The notes beneath the pieces were generated by a model. That model searched no databases. It was given only the letters and a program-made list of their open reading frames with translations, and was not told where the DNA came from. This document shows positions 1 through 11,900 of a DNA stretch of 64,000 nt, in pieces. Numbering within the stretch: position 1 is the first letter of the stretch; each line of letters starts with the position of its first letter. The position numbers and the translations under genes were made by a program. The stretch is from Camelus dromedarius (lineage: Eukaryota): positions 66,962,001 to 67,026,000 of the forward strand of contig NC_087436.1 in NCBI RefSeq assembly GCF_036321535.1, written 5' to 3'.

Positions 1-50
1 TCTGTAACACAAAGAAGAAAAGAACATTCACTCCAAGAGTCCTTTATATT

Positions 51-205
51 AGTGCTTCTCAAACTTAGACGCACATAAATAACGCCAGGGATCTTGCTAA
101 AATGCACATTCAGATTCAGCTTTTCTAATGGAGAGGCCTGAGAGTCTGCATTTCAAAAGTTCTCAGGTCGTGCTGATGTTGCAGGTCTATGCACTGCTCC
201 TGAAG
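51..205. mobile_element. MER5-type hAT-Charlie MITE
   Basis: agtgcttctcaaactt terminus, then gggatcttgctaaaatgcacattcagattc and ggcctgagagtctgcattt, the MER5 pattern. Confidence 0.7.
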
Positions 206-1110
206 TAGGCCGACTTAAGATGCCTTAACAGGCTATCTCTGCAGGTGTATGTTGTATTATTTAACATTTCACACAGAAGGTAAGTTGGGCTCCGTCTGAT
301 TTTGTATTTGGCTACAGTCACACAGCTACCAAACGAAGAGTGAGAAACTAAGAGCTGTATCACCTCAAAGCCCAAAGCCCTCCATTTACTGCATACAAAA
401 ATCTCCTGGTGATTCCACAGATCGATTTTGAGGTTTTAAGTCTACTTAATGATTTTATGCCAGTGTTGGCTACTTTGATTCTTATCATTTGCATTCTTCT
501 TTTTTTTTAACTTTTTGCCCTTAAGAATCTGAGAACAGACATAGAGAAGTATGCTGAATCACACTCAATGAGTTTTCAACATTAAATGTTTTTGTATACA
601 TGACTTTTCCCTTGAGAGCTATGCTGATTTATGTTATCGGACTTTGTGAAAATCTTTCTGCTGCTATCTGAAGCAAATGATAAAAGAAACAAACAATAAA
701 ACAGAAGGACTACATTTTGATTTCCCAGCACATTTAAATATCATGGATTTTACAACAGTTCTGAATATATCAATTCAGATATATGATGATATATAATGGC
801 CTTTATCATTAAACATTTTTTTCTGATAATTATTTTTCTATATTATTTCTAGGTTTCTATATTCTATATCAATGTATATGTTATAGTTCTATATAAATTT
901 ACTATAATAAAAGTAGCTTATCCAGTGCATCACATTTTAATAAATATTTATTATTAAGAAGTGTTTTGTTCAGTACGAACCACCTGAACATGAATATAAT
1001 CATAAATTTTCCACCCATTTGATCATAATGGAGCTCAAGTTCATTAATGCTACAATTCCTTTGCATAGTAACAATATGCAATGTGCCATCATCATAATAA
1101 AACATCCTAG

Positions 1111-1276
1111 CGGGGGAAGGGGTAGCTCAGTGGTAGAGCGTGTGCTTAGCATGCACAAGGTCCTGGGTTCAATCCCCAGTACCTCCCTTAAAGTATGTAA
1201 ATAAGTAAATAAATAACCTTATTACCGCCTCCCCCCAAAATTTTTGAAATTAATTAATTAATTAATTAAAAAATAG
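1111..1276 (+). mobile_element. Vic-1-type camelid tRNA-Ala-derived SINE
   Basis: A box (tagctcagtgg) and B box (ggttcaatccc), then a taaataaataacc...attacc AT-rich tail. Perfect 16-bp TSD taataaaacatcctag at 1095-1110 and 1277-1292. Confidence 0.9.
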
Positions 1277-1934
1277 TAATAAAACATCCTAGAGACCTAC
1301 CCAAAGTAAAATGTACACAGTAGTCATTATGTGTTAAATATTGTTAATTAAATATTGTTAATATGAGGTACAATATTTATTTGTACAAACATGTAAGTAT
1401 ACATGTAAGGGTGGGAAAGGGAGACTCAAGATTTTCACAAGTATACTTTCACGAATGAGAAAGTAGGAGTAAAAAATCAAGATCATAAACTTGTCCAGGA
1501 GGGATTATAGAATGTTTGATATTTTTATTTCCTTTCCTTTATTGCAAAATCTACTTTTTTCTTTTTTTTTTACTATACATATACAGCAGAAGATTTACAA
1601 GTTACTAACAATTGCTGGACTGGTGAAATGTTAAGTTCTTAAAAAAGAAAAGGCTTTTATTCTTTCAACGGGTATGATAACTTACAAGTCGCCATCCACC
1701 AATACTACTCATAAATAGAGTTGTTTCATGTTTGATATGCACGTATTTGACCCTAGGTATCATTAGGAATTCTCAATCCTTAAGACAGTATAACATGCAT
1801 GTGAATAGCCTCTCTTAGCAGGTAATTTGAGGAAGTAGCAGCTCTTTTATTTCTCAGATTTTAACGTGCACATACATTTTTAAATACAATTTTAGAAAGA
1901 AAGTAGATATACACAAATTGATTACTGTAATATA

Positions 1935-2230
1935 ATAGATCCCTGCACTGAAAGCTCCCTCTGCTTGTTAAGCATACATGTTCTGCATACTCTTGACATG
2001 ACTTTTTTCCCAAGTCTATGTGAAACATCACCTTTTCAGAGAAATGTTTCCTTACCACCCTAACTAAATCTGTACACTCATACTGCCAATAACAACTCTC
2101 ATAAATTGTAACTGTAGATGTGAGTCCACTCATATGTTTGTATGCCTAGCTCTCTGCATTCTTAGGATACAGAAACTGTACAGATAGAATACGGTGCTTA
2201 GTACAATAAGAAATTAAAGAATGAGTGATA
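1935..2230 (+). mobile_element. L2 3' fragment
   Basis: catcaccttttcagagaaatgtttccttaccaccct and a degenerate ggtgcttagtaca...gaatgagt end. Confidence 0.5.
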
Positions 2231-2459
2231 ACACTGAACAAGAGAGCAAATCTTTATAAAGAGGGTTCTAATACATTTACATAGCTTTGATCACTTGATA
2301 AATAAAAAGGGAAGATTATTCTTGGATAAATGATACTACTCAAGAATATACTCTCTAGTTTGAGCAAACTAGAGAATTTTCTAAGCTGAAGCTAACCTTT
2401 GTTTTCCAAAAGACAGACACAGACTCCTATAAATAATTTTACTTTGAATGAGAGATACA

Positions 2460-2690
2460 AGATAGCTAATGTTTACTGAATGAGTACAGTTTGCTAGGCA
2501 CTATTCCAAATAATTTTCATATAATGTGTCATTGGATTGCTGTGAGGTAGGTGGAGATGAGGAAAACAAGGAACAGAGAGATTCAATCACTTGGACAGGG
2601 AGGTAGAGCTGATAAATGCAGGGGGAGGATCTGACACCAGGCATTCTGGCTCAGAATCTATGTGCTTAAACCCCTAGAGTAAGCTACTTC
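2460..2690 (-). mobile_element. MIR SINE
   Basis: atagctaatgtttactgaatg...ctaggcactatt...gtgaggtagg...agatgaggaaaac, the reverse-complement MIR core. Confidence 0.75.
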
Positions 2691-2921
2691 TCGCCAGCAG
2701 CATGTTTCCCTATATCCTGTATCTCTACATCATTATATCCAAGTTAAATTAGTCACATTTCAAAACATACACTTCTTCGTTCTGCAGAATTTTAAGAAAG
2801 GTACACTTCCTTTGTTCTGCAGAAATCTAAGAAAAATGTTCACTTTTGCAAAAGGAATCAGTCTATAAACACATGTAGTTTTAGCAGTATACCTGCTCAC
2901 ATAGGCAGATGAAATATAGAT

Positions 2922-3141
2922 TAGTGGTCCCCAACTAAGAGAGATTTGGCCCCCAGGGGACATTTGGCAATGTACGGAGGCAATTTTGACTATCAAAATC
3001 AGGAGTGCAGTAGCCTTTTGAATCCAGTGGGGTAGAGACCAAGGAAGTTGTTAAATATCCTACAGTGAACAGGACCAGACTTCCTGCAACAAACAAGTGT
3101 CTGACCCAAAATACCAATAGCATTAGTGTTGAGAAACCTTG
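2922..3141 (+). mobile_element. MER20 hAT-Charlie MITE
   Basis: About 220 bp: tagtggtccccaac...gcccccaggggacatttggcaatgt...gtggggtagagaccaagga...gacccaaaat...ttgagaaacc. Confidence 0.85.
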
Positions 3142-5169
3142 ACTTAGAAAAAAAGAAAAGCAAAAAATAAACAAACAAAAAAAGCAGAGCATGCTCTAAC
3201 ATTTTAATAGAATTAATCCAAAATTATTCAAGGGAGAAGTTAAAAGGCAAAAAAAAATCTATTTTTATTATTCTTATGTGTAATACCTGCATATGGATAA
3301 AATGACAAATACTTAATTGTCTAGTGGTGGTTTGCAGCATTAGGACACACACACACAAACACATTCACACATCACTGATACACTGTGCTTCCATAATTTC
3401 TGTGTTTTGTTAAAATTTTGAAATTAAAATTAGTTTCCTTTTGTTGCATAAAAGAGCAGACCAAATAGGACCAAAAGTTCAACCCCTTTGATGTTTTTTG
3501 GTAATATGCCTAATTAAAAATAACTAGACTCTCCAATGTATAATCACATGAACACATAATAAACAAAATTTCCAGCCAATTTTGTTTCAAACAGAAATAT
3601 GCACCAGAAGTTTGAATGATCAACGTACTGCTCCCTGCAGTATCTGTATTGTTTCTGAGTCAAGGCTCTTTCTTGAGCTCAGTATTTTCACTACATTTTC
3701 CTTGCTGGGCAATCATCTCCCAGTTGGACAATTAATAAGTGCTTTTTCTCCACAGTCCTTGGCATGTAACCCCCCTTACCCTGTATTTGAACATGCACTA
3801 TATACCTTCTTTACTCTGACTGGTTTTGGCAGTGACCCACAATCTAAATCTCTTTCCTCCATTTGATATAAGTGAAACTATAATCATCTAGGGGTAATTT
3901 CAAATTACTACTTCATTCCACTAGCAACTGATGAAGATTAGTGGTCTTGCCTTGCATCTGAGTAAGTCAGCAACATAATCACAAGAGAACTCAGCAGGCA
4001 ACATTTGATTCATGTGAACTCAATTACCTCTGTCAAACACATTCACTTCAATAAAAAGCAGAAACTTCCAAAGTGGCTTTTTTGCTAACAATTTTGTACT
4101 CAAAAAAAAATTTCATATGACTCTGAAGGGGAAAAAATAGCATGAATTTCATCAGAAATAATAATAAATAGCAAGTATGGAAACATACTTCTATAAATGG
4201 ATTCAATACATTATTAGTTCCTAAAAATAAAGAACATTTCAAGGAAATAAATTTGTATACTTAAAGCAGTTTATCATAGAAAATTCAGGCTTATATATAA
4301 GTAAGCCTTAGAAAAACAAAGGCACTCTATATTTTAAGTTAATACAATAGAAACCAGAGTATTTTGTTACCATTTTAAAATCAGAGTATATGGAAAAGGT
4401 AGTCAAATTCCTTTAAAGGAAGTTTAAAAAGGGGGCATGAATGATAGATCATAAATTGCTAAACGGACAGGAACTCCTTAATCGCTTCTTAATTGTCTTC
4501 TGGGTTGAAGCTATATGTTAATGAGCTGCCTAGCATTCTGATTCCTGAAGGCTTAGTTGCTAAAAGCCCTTGGGTCAAGTCTGTCATGCCCTTCACGTAT
4601 ATCAGGTCACATAGACATGATCTGACAGCAACTACCTGGTCACCTCCTAGAACAGACTCTGTAAATATTAGCATAAGATAGTCATTACAACAGGTTTACT
4701 CAAACTTCAGCTGCTTCATATAGTTAAAGCCTTAATTAAATCCCAAATATTTTGGCTATCAAAGACACTGAATAATCAAATGTAAATATGTAATAAGGCT
4801 ATGCTATAAACCCGTTTCAGGATATGATGTTTTGAGGTCTACAAAAATCACCAAGATGACCTCTGTCGTAGTTAATATATCATATGACAAACACATATAA
4901 TTTAATACCTAGAACTTGAAAATTTAGCCTGAAAATCTTAGGACTAAGTAAACATTAATTTAAAAGACGTATTTGTCAATTCTGTGACCAAGGATATTTT
5001 CTACACATAAATACAAAGGTAGAGATCAACCAATAATTTTAAAACACAGTACTCTTTTGTGTCTTTGCCCATTCTATTACCTCTTTTGATTCATTTTCCT
5101 TACCTCTTGCCTTTTGATTTCTCATTCCTTAACACAACATATACCACTACTGTCAAGGAGTATGTGGTC

Positions 5170-5910
5170 CAATGAGGGTGGGGAGTGAGTTATTAATCAA
5201 ATAATAAATTAACAAACATGTAAAAAATCATAACTCTACATAATTCTATGAAGGAAAAATATATGAATAAATAACAGAGGCCTGACCCAGTCTTCAAGGG
5301 TCAGGAACAGCTTTTTTGAGGAAGGGGTGTCAGAGCACAGATCTGAAGGATTAGTGTGAGTTAATCGGGCATAATGGAGATAAAAGAATGTTCCTGTGGA
5401 AAGGAACAGAATCATAGGTGGACGAGTAATGAAAGTGAGCAAATTGCCTTTGAGAAACTAAAAGAGAGCCAGGGTGGCTCATGCAGATGGGAAGAAAGGA
5501 AGCCTAGTTTAAGATGCGTCTAGAGAGAGAACAGGAGCAAAGCCATGCAGGATCTTAGGCTACTTTAAAACCTTTATTTAAAGGAAATCATTAAAGAGTT
5601 CAAAATAAGTGTGTTGGGAATAGGTGGGGACTAGAAGACGGGTGTGTGGAACGACCAGATTTGCATGTTTGCAGAAGCGATACACTCACGTGGTTCAAAA
5701 AGTGAAACTATATACAAAGTCATTCATTATATTTAAAAATTAAGTTCCAATAAGATACACTTATAGACTGGAGGGAAAAGGAAACAGAGATATGGATGGT
5801 TTTTATGAGATAGCTGGGTGGTAATTTCTATAAATACTTTGTGATGGATGAGAACTGAGAAGTGAGTAGGAAGAAGATGTCAAGAATGATTCCTATATTT
5901 TTGGCCTATC
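5170..5910 (-). mobile_element. L2 fragment(s)
   Basis: Purine-rich, degenerate antisense-L2 text (ggtcaggaacagcttttttgaggaagggg...gatctgaagga; accagatttgcatgttt; gtcaagaatgattcct). Confidence 0.55.
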
Positions 5911-6169
5911 ACAAATTGCCAGAACATCAAGATCCCTACTTAAAGTTTTGGGGACAGTAGGTTAAAATCAAAGAATGAGTCAGAGCTATGGTAGAATTTT
6001 ATGTAATACACACACACATACATTTACATTTGCATGAACACATTATGTATAGGTTTAAACATTGTGGGGATATCTGTGATGTTTTACTTCTCCATAAAAA
6101 ACCTTCTGCATTTATTTATTTATTCAATAAGTTAAGTTATTTATAGGCATTTGAAATTCCTCCTAGAAC

Positions 6170-6280
6170 AGCCACATATCATCTGTACATGGGACAACGC
6201 CAAGAGGCACTATTCACATAGACGACACTGTGCAGAATGCCCTCTGGAGCTCTGTAGTCTATAACCTTCATGACCCACAG
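6170..6280. mobile_element. MER91-like hAT-Tip100 palindromic MITE
   Basis: acaacgccaagaggcactattcacatagac...gcagaatgccctctggagctctgt is an imperfect palindrome of MER91 style. Confidence 0.55.
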
Positions 6281-8244
6281 CCTTTGTTTCTCCTACCAGA
6301 GCAGGTGACGGACGCATCAAGACAGAATCCAGTTACATAAGTTTCCTACAAGGCAGCCTTTCCAGCTCACCTCTTCTGCTCGCAGGCCTCTACTTCTCAA
6401 GTAGTAAGGGTATGGGAAGAGAAAGATATGCAGAAAATGCTTGCACTAAAAAAAATTCTGTCAGAACACTACTTCCCCAAAACACTTTCATGATAAGCAC
6501 CTGCAGAATATTTTAATCCCAGCAACAATCATAAAATATCCTCTAAATGCAGAGGTCCTCTATGCCCTGAATCAATCTGGATGAAGATAAAGGTCATTGT
6601 ATTCTGAGCTAAGTTACCACATATCACTCTCTAAAATGATGTAAACAAATACTCAAATAGAGCATGCTGTTTTACAATACTAGTAAACAAATTCTTAGAA
6701 ATACTAAGATTTATATAGTAAATATTTTAGAAAAACGAATGAAATATATTCAAGGGATTATATTTAATTTCTGCTTCTGATTCTATAATAACATATATCT
6801 TCACCTTACAGCAAGAAGACTGCTCAAAAAAGAAGAGTTAAGGTAAAGTTAGTTAGAACTTTGCTTTAAATCCAATCCTAAATAAAATATGATTTATTTC
6901 CCTGACAAACTTAAAAGCATATCCAAAACACAATTTTGATTTAATAAAATGTTATGTATACATATAAAGGAATAGAGAGTTGTAGATTACAGGGAAAAAC
7001 AACCATGTGCTTAATTGTAGATGACAATCAAATATTAGGTGATGCTGAAAAGGAAATTTAAATATGGTACAATGTGCTTCCAGAGAGAAATAATTAGGCA
7101 AAGTCAATGTGATTTACAGGTAATTTCCCTAGTTTTGTTTCCCTGGATCTACAGTCAATCTACAGTTAAGCCTGAACAAACTTGAGCAAGTTTGATTCAC
7201 ATTATATAGTGGATTTAGAAAAAAAAAAATGCACATAAAGCTACCAGTGGGATCAGGGGACTTCTTAGTATTTGGTTTTCTCCTCAGTTAATACACATTA
7301 ACTCTCATTACCTATTTGGCACGTGCATATTATGCTGAAAACAAATTCAGGTTCATAAGGATGGTTTTCTTTTAAGGAAAACATTTTCTCTTCTTCATAA
7401 GCTGTTTCTCACTTTGTCATAAAGTATTATCCTGTTCCAAAAAGCTATCAATAAATATCCAAGTTTAAAAGGGCAACTCACCATACTGGGAGCAAGATGA
7501 GGATATTTTCAAATGAAGAAGGAAGCATGCATGATCAAGTTTCAACTTAAAAGAAAAATTAAAAGAGAAAAAGAATCTCCAAAGTGCAAATTGCTTTAAA
7601 ATGACCTTTCTGTATTGGCTCTATCTCTAAATGGTCATGTTCTTGGGCACTACTTATTATGCGTTTAAAATTGGCCTGTAAATTCTTAAAAGCAAGCATG
7701 TAATAGCAATTATATGTAAACAACATAGTAAACTAAGTTCTGTCAGCTTACAAACATTTTCCTATGAAGTTCATAAGGCTGAACTTACATCTGAAGAATT
7801 TTTAAAAGGCAGTTAAAAGCATGCCAAAACAAGTCTCATCTAAGGTTTGCATCTGAATTTCATATAGCAAGTAAAGAGTGCTGTTTTTTCTTCATGGAGA
7901 GAAAATGGCAGTAGTGGACAATAATCACACAAAGAAAAGTGATACACAAAGAAATAATCCTTTGGCTTGAGTTGTTTGAAAATAAAACTTTCTGAAAGCC
8001 AAATGAATACGAAATATTAAGACACTGAGTATTAATTATGTAAACCCACTTAAATATTACATTAAATCTTTCATCATTGCCAGAAGCTTTAAAATTCTGA
8101 GAAGAGAGAAATCAAACTTGAAGAGAAATAATCTCCATAAATTAGCAAAGTAAAAGATCATTTGCTCATAATCATTGGAAGAAATACATATACATGATCC
8201 AACTGAAGCAGACCGCCCCTGCAGATGCACAGGCATACTCTTAC

Positions 8245-8908
8245 CTTGACAGGTGCCATTTTTCTCTTCATATCCTGCCTTGCACATACATTTCCCGATG
8301 GGCACCAGCCACTCCCCTTCTGCGCTGCAGTGCATTTTGGGTGGTTCATCGGTCACCGAATGGTTGACACAGGAGCCCGACACTTCAAGCAACTGAGAAG
8401 AATCAGCTCCAGTGATTGTGTCCGGGAAGACAGCCAAGTGTCGTACCACCGAAGGGCATTTTTTATAGTACACACGCACGGAAACCAGAGCAATGCAAGC
8501 ACCCACATCTTGAAAAGCAAGGTAAAATCCCTTTTTGCTTAGAGGTCCTACATCTCTGACCTCTGTATTCAGTTTCATGACACGGTCACCAAGATCAAGT
8601 TCTGTAAAGCTTTCGTCGGCAGCAATGGTATCAATTTTGATGTACTGGTTTTCCTTGATGTTTCTCCCATTCTCATCATCTGACTCAAAGTAATACATGT
8701 TAAAAGTTTCCTTACAGGTTCCCAGTCCTCCAGGAAGGCTATTGCAGTCCCGCAGAGTAAACTTGAGTTCTATGAAGATTCTGGAAGCACCTTCATTGGA
8801 GATCCAACTGGTCAAAAGCCAGTTATTCTGATTCTGTTCCATAACTTTGCATACTTGGTATGTGTGGATAGGGGCATAATTTTCATCAACTTCACCAATC
8901 TCTTCCCA
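8245..8908 (-). CDS. EPHA5: EPHA5 coding exon 3 (664 nt): [35 protein letters not shown]...[13 protein letters not shown], ligand-binding domain and start of the Cys-rich region
   Basis: Acceptor tattatacAG|TGGGAAGAG at 8909-8910 and donor CAAG|GTaagag at 8243-8244. The translation (ORF 8057-8842 plus upstream codons) has Eph LBD motifs [56 protein letters not shown] and EphA5-type residues ([21 protein letters not shown]). Confidence 0.97.
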
Positions 8909-11900
8909 CTGTATAATACAAAATAGACATTTTTTTTAAAAAAATTAGAAGATAACCGGTAAAAATTGTCAAAGAAAACTAATGCAGGTGTAGAAATTTC
9001 TGTAGCCTCAATATACAGTATTAAGAGAAGGAGCTATACAGTGAGAATAAAAAGTTATTTTCATTTTTAAAATAAGTACATTAACAACGCATTAGCCATT
9101 GTTTCCAATGTAACTCAAAGGTGAAAATATATGAATGATATTCTCCAGAAAAAATCATGTATCTCAGAGTAAAAATAAAAGAAAATTGAATGCCAATGTA
9201 GTTAACAAGGAGCAGTGAAAGAAAGTATGTATATTTGGAATAAATTTAAGTATGTAAACTAACAGGGTGGATAAAGTTTGAGAGAAAAAAGGAAGTGCAT
9301 TTTTTAGAAGATACTGAGAAAAAAACAGTAAATGTTGAAAAGAAAGGAGAAAATTGTAACATGCGAATCCACATTTATTTAATTCTGCCATATCATAAAT
9401 AACACATCAATGTAATAAAATGTGGAAGAAAACACATTAGTTTAAAACTAATAATAGATGTTTATTCCATTGAACCAATCTATTTAGATGGGATAACAAA
9501 GTATTTTTATAAATTGGATAACAAAGTATTTTTATCCATGAATCTAGAGACAGAAAGAAAATAAAGATAAAAATTATAGATGAGCAATATAGAGAGGCTT
9601 GTCATTTCAAATATTAATTGATTTTTGTTACATATCCTGGGAATGTATCCATTCTTTGTTACTAATGCATTATTTTATGCACAATGACCATAGAAGGTCT
9701 GAATATATATGGGGTGTAGAAAAATTAGTATGATTTATATAGCTTCTAAAGTATTTTTCAGCCAAAGAATAGATCTAAACTTCCCTTTTTCCGAGTAAAA
9801 TACTACAGTTTTGAGAATGTCAGTGTCCCATAACCACTTTCTAAACAATGTAAAACCAGATTTTTATTCTTCATAAAGATGTTATTATAACTTAGGACTT
9901 TTTTTTAAACCTGTCTAGAATCTGTATGTACAAAACTATGTAAAATTTTGTTTTAAATCTTTAAAAATTGTCCTGAAACACATAAAGCAATGAAACCACA
10001 CATACTGACTTTCAATAAATCCAGAATGTGATTTCAAACATTAACTATCAAAGACAATAAACTTCACAGAACCTCATTTCTTTAGACATGAAATTAAATG
10101 GAGCATTATTTCTTGATTCTGTTCAACTGACAAAGATGTGAAAAATATGGAGGCAGGAGGGATGCACATAAATCGTACATCTCAGATGGCCCCTCTCAAA
10201 ATTCCAGCTGCCATCAGACAGACAAAAGTAAAAGATGCCAATGAAGGAAAACTGCTGAGCCCCTTAAAATCACAAGAGAGAGACATCAAGATTTTATCTT
10301 CCCTAACAACTCCCACATTAGGGTGTTATGTAAAGCCTTAGTTCACTCATTTAATCTCACTTTTGCTCTCTCAAAAAATGTATATAAACTGTACTTAGTC
10401 TCTGATTTTTTAAATCAGCTTTCAATGTCAGCACTCTCTCACTAAATGACTTACAGTTTCTTCCTAAAGCCATTCAGGTATCAATCTCTTTATTATAAAT
10501 GGTTAATGAATGTCATGATTAATATTTCATGCAAAAAAACAAATGAAAACAACAAAAATGATCAACTTACTGCAATAAGATTAATTAAATGTATTTTCTT
10601 TAAGTTAGTAAAATGGAAAAGAGCATTAAAAAAAAGCTCTTCTCTGAAAAACAAAAACCAAAATGCTATGTTAGCTCTGATTTAGATTCTCTTATTTTAT
10701 AATAGTCTTCCAATACAAAACACAAACATATTTCAAATCTTTGGCCTTAAATCATTTATAGAAGACCTATTTCTGCATCATATATTCCAATAGATATTCC
10801 AACAGGACCCTGCTAGCAAGTCAAAGGAATTGGACAAGTAAAAGAAATTGGAAATAGCAGCATCTTCCAAGATTATAAGGCAGGCAAATCACAGTCTTTG
10901 TACAAAGTCCAAGGTATCACAGATATTATTAAAAATGCAAGCCAAGCAGCACTTGACAAGACAACTTAATAGTTACTGCTTCGGGTGATAATTTCAAAGT
11001 CTGTGCATAAGCATCTTACTTCTCTGAATATTCTCAATTAAGAAAAGAAAAACTGTAATTTTCTTTGATGTTAGAATCTATCGTGGTGGGATTTTATTTA
11101 TTTCTCTTTTCAAGTGTCCAAAATATAAATGAAGACTCACATTTTCTACTTCTAATGAATGAACAGAAAGACCTTAATTTAAATAATTATGGCCATAAGC
11201 CATTCAGAAAATCGAATAGGCAATATATACATAGTTTTCATAAGTATCTGCTCCTATTTAGACAAATATGCTAAGAAACAAACAAAAATATTTCATTTAT
11301 TTTACACTGACTAGCTGAAATGAAACTTTGAATTCTTCCAACTTTTTCTTCCCTGTTAATACAAAGGAGCAAGGGAAACATCTTGCTGTCCTCAGCAAAT
11401 TTCTTACCTACGAAGAAGAAACAAGGGAATAAAGAGAAACTAATACTCATCAAAAACTTAAGATCATAGCAGGTATACTCCTAGGTACTTGTGCAAATGT
11501 CAAGATTATAGTCATTTAATGAAGGGTGCAGACAGAAACCACAATATTTTCAGTTCAGCTTTGTTGGATTTCCTATGATCCTCTGGTTTGATAAAAGTAT
11601 TAGCTGATCCTTTGATTACTGCAAGTGTGGTGCCTGGGCGTTCTGGAAATGTGGCCACTGAATGCAGTATGATGGGTGTAGCTCTGTTCTTAGGTCCAGC
11701 TCTTCCTCAAGAGCCACCGTCTGAGTCTAGGCTTTTTTCTAGTTTTGATTCCTCATTATTCCTATTTCTTTGCCTTGATATGCAAATATGAAAGAATTGG
11801 ATACCCACTCAGCTTGGACTGATTTGATTTCTCTCCCAAGTACTTGGTCTTGCTCCTTTTCCTACTGGGCACTGAAAACTCCAAGTCAACTGCATTCTAA

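Noticed and set aside
1112..1187. Functional tRNA-Ala gene
   Set aside because: It has a SINE tail and TSD, and a second diverged copy lies at 39390. It is a tRNA-derived SINE.
8211..8226. CTCF site just downstream of the exon 3 donor (ctgcaggggcgg)
   Set aside because: One base short of the core spacing; a weak match only.
8158..8542. Overlapping and antisense ORFs (8158-8349 -, 8225-8542 +)
   Set aside because: Shadow frames of the GC-richer EPHA5 exon with no independent evidence.
8057..8842. ORF 8057-8842 as a stand-alone 261-aa gene
   Set aside because: It is EPHA5 exon 3 read from an internal Met plus intron read-through. The true boundaries are the splice sites at 8908 and 8245.
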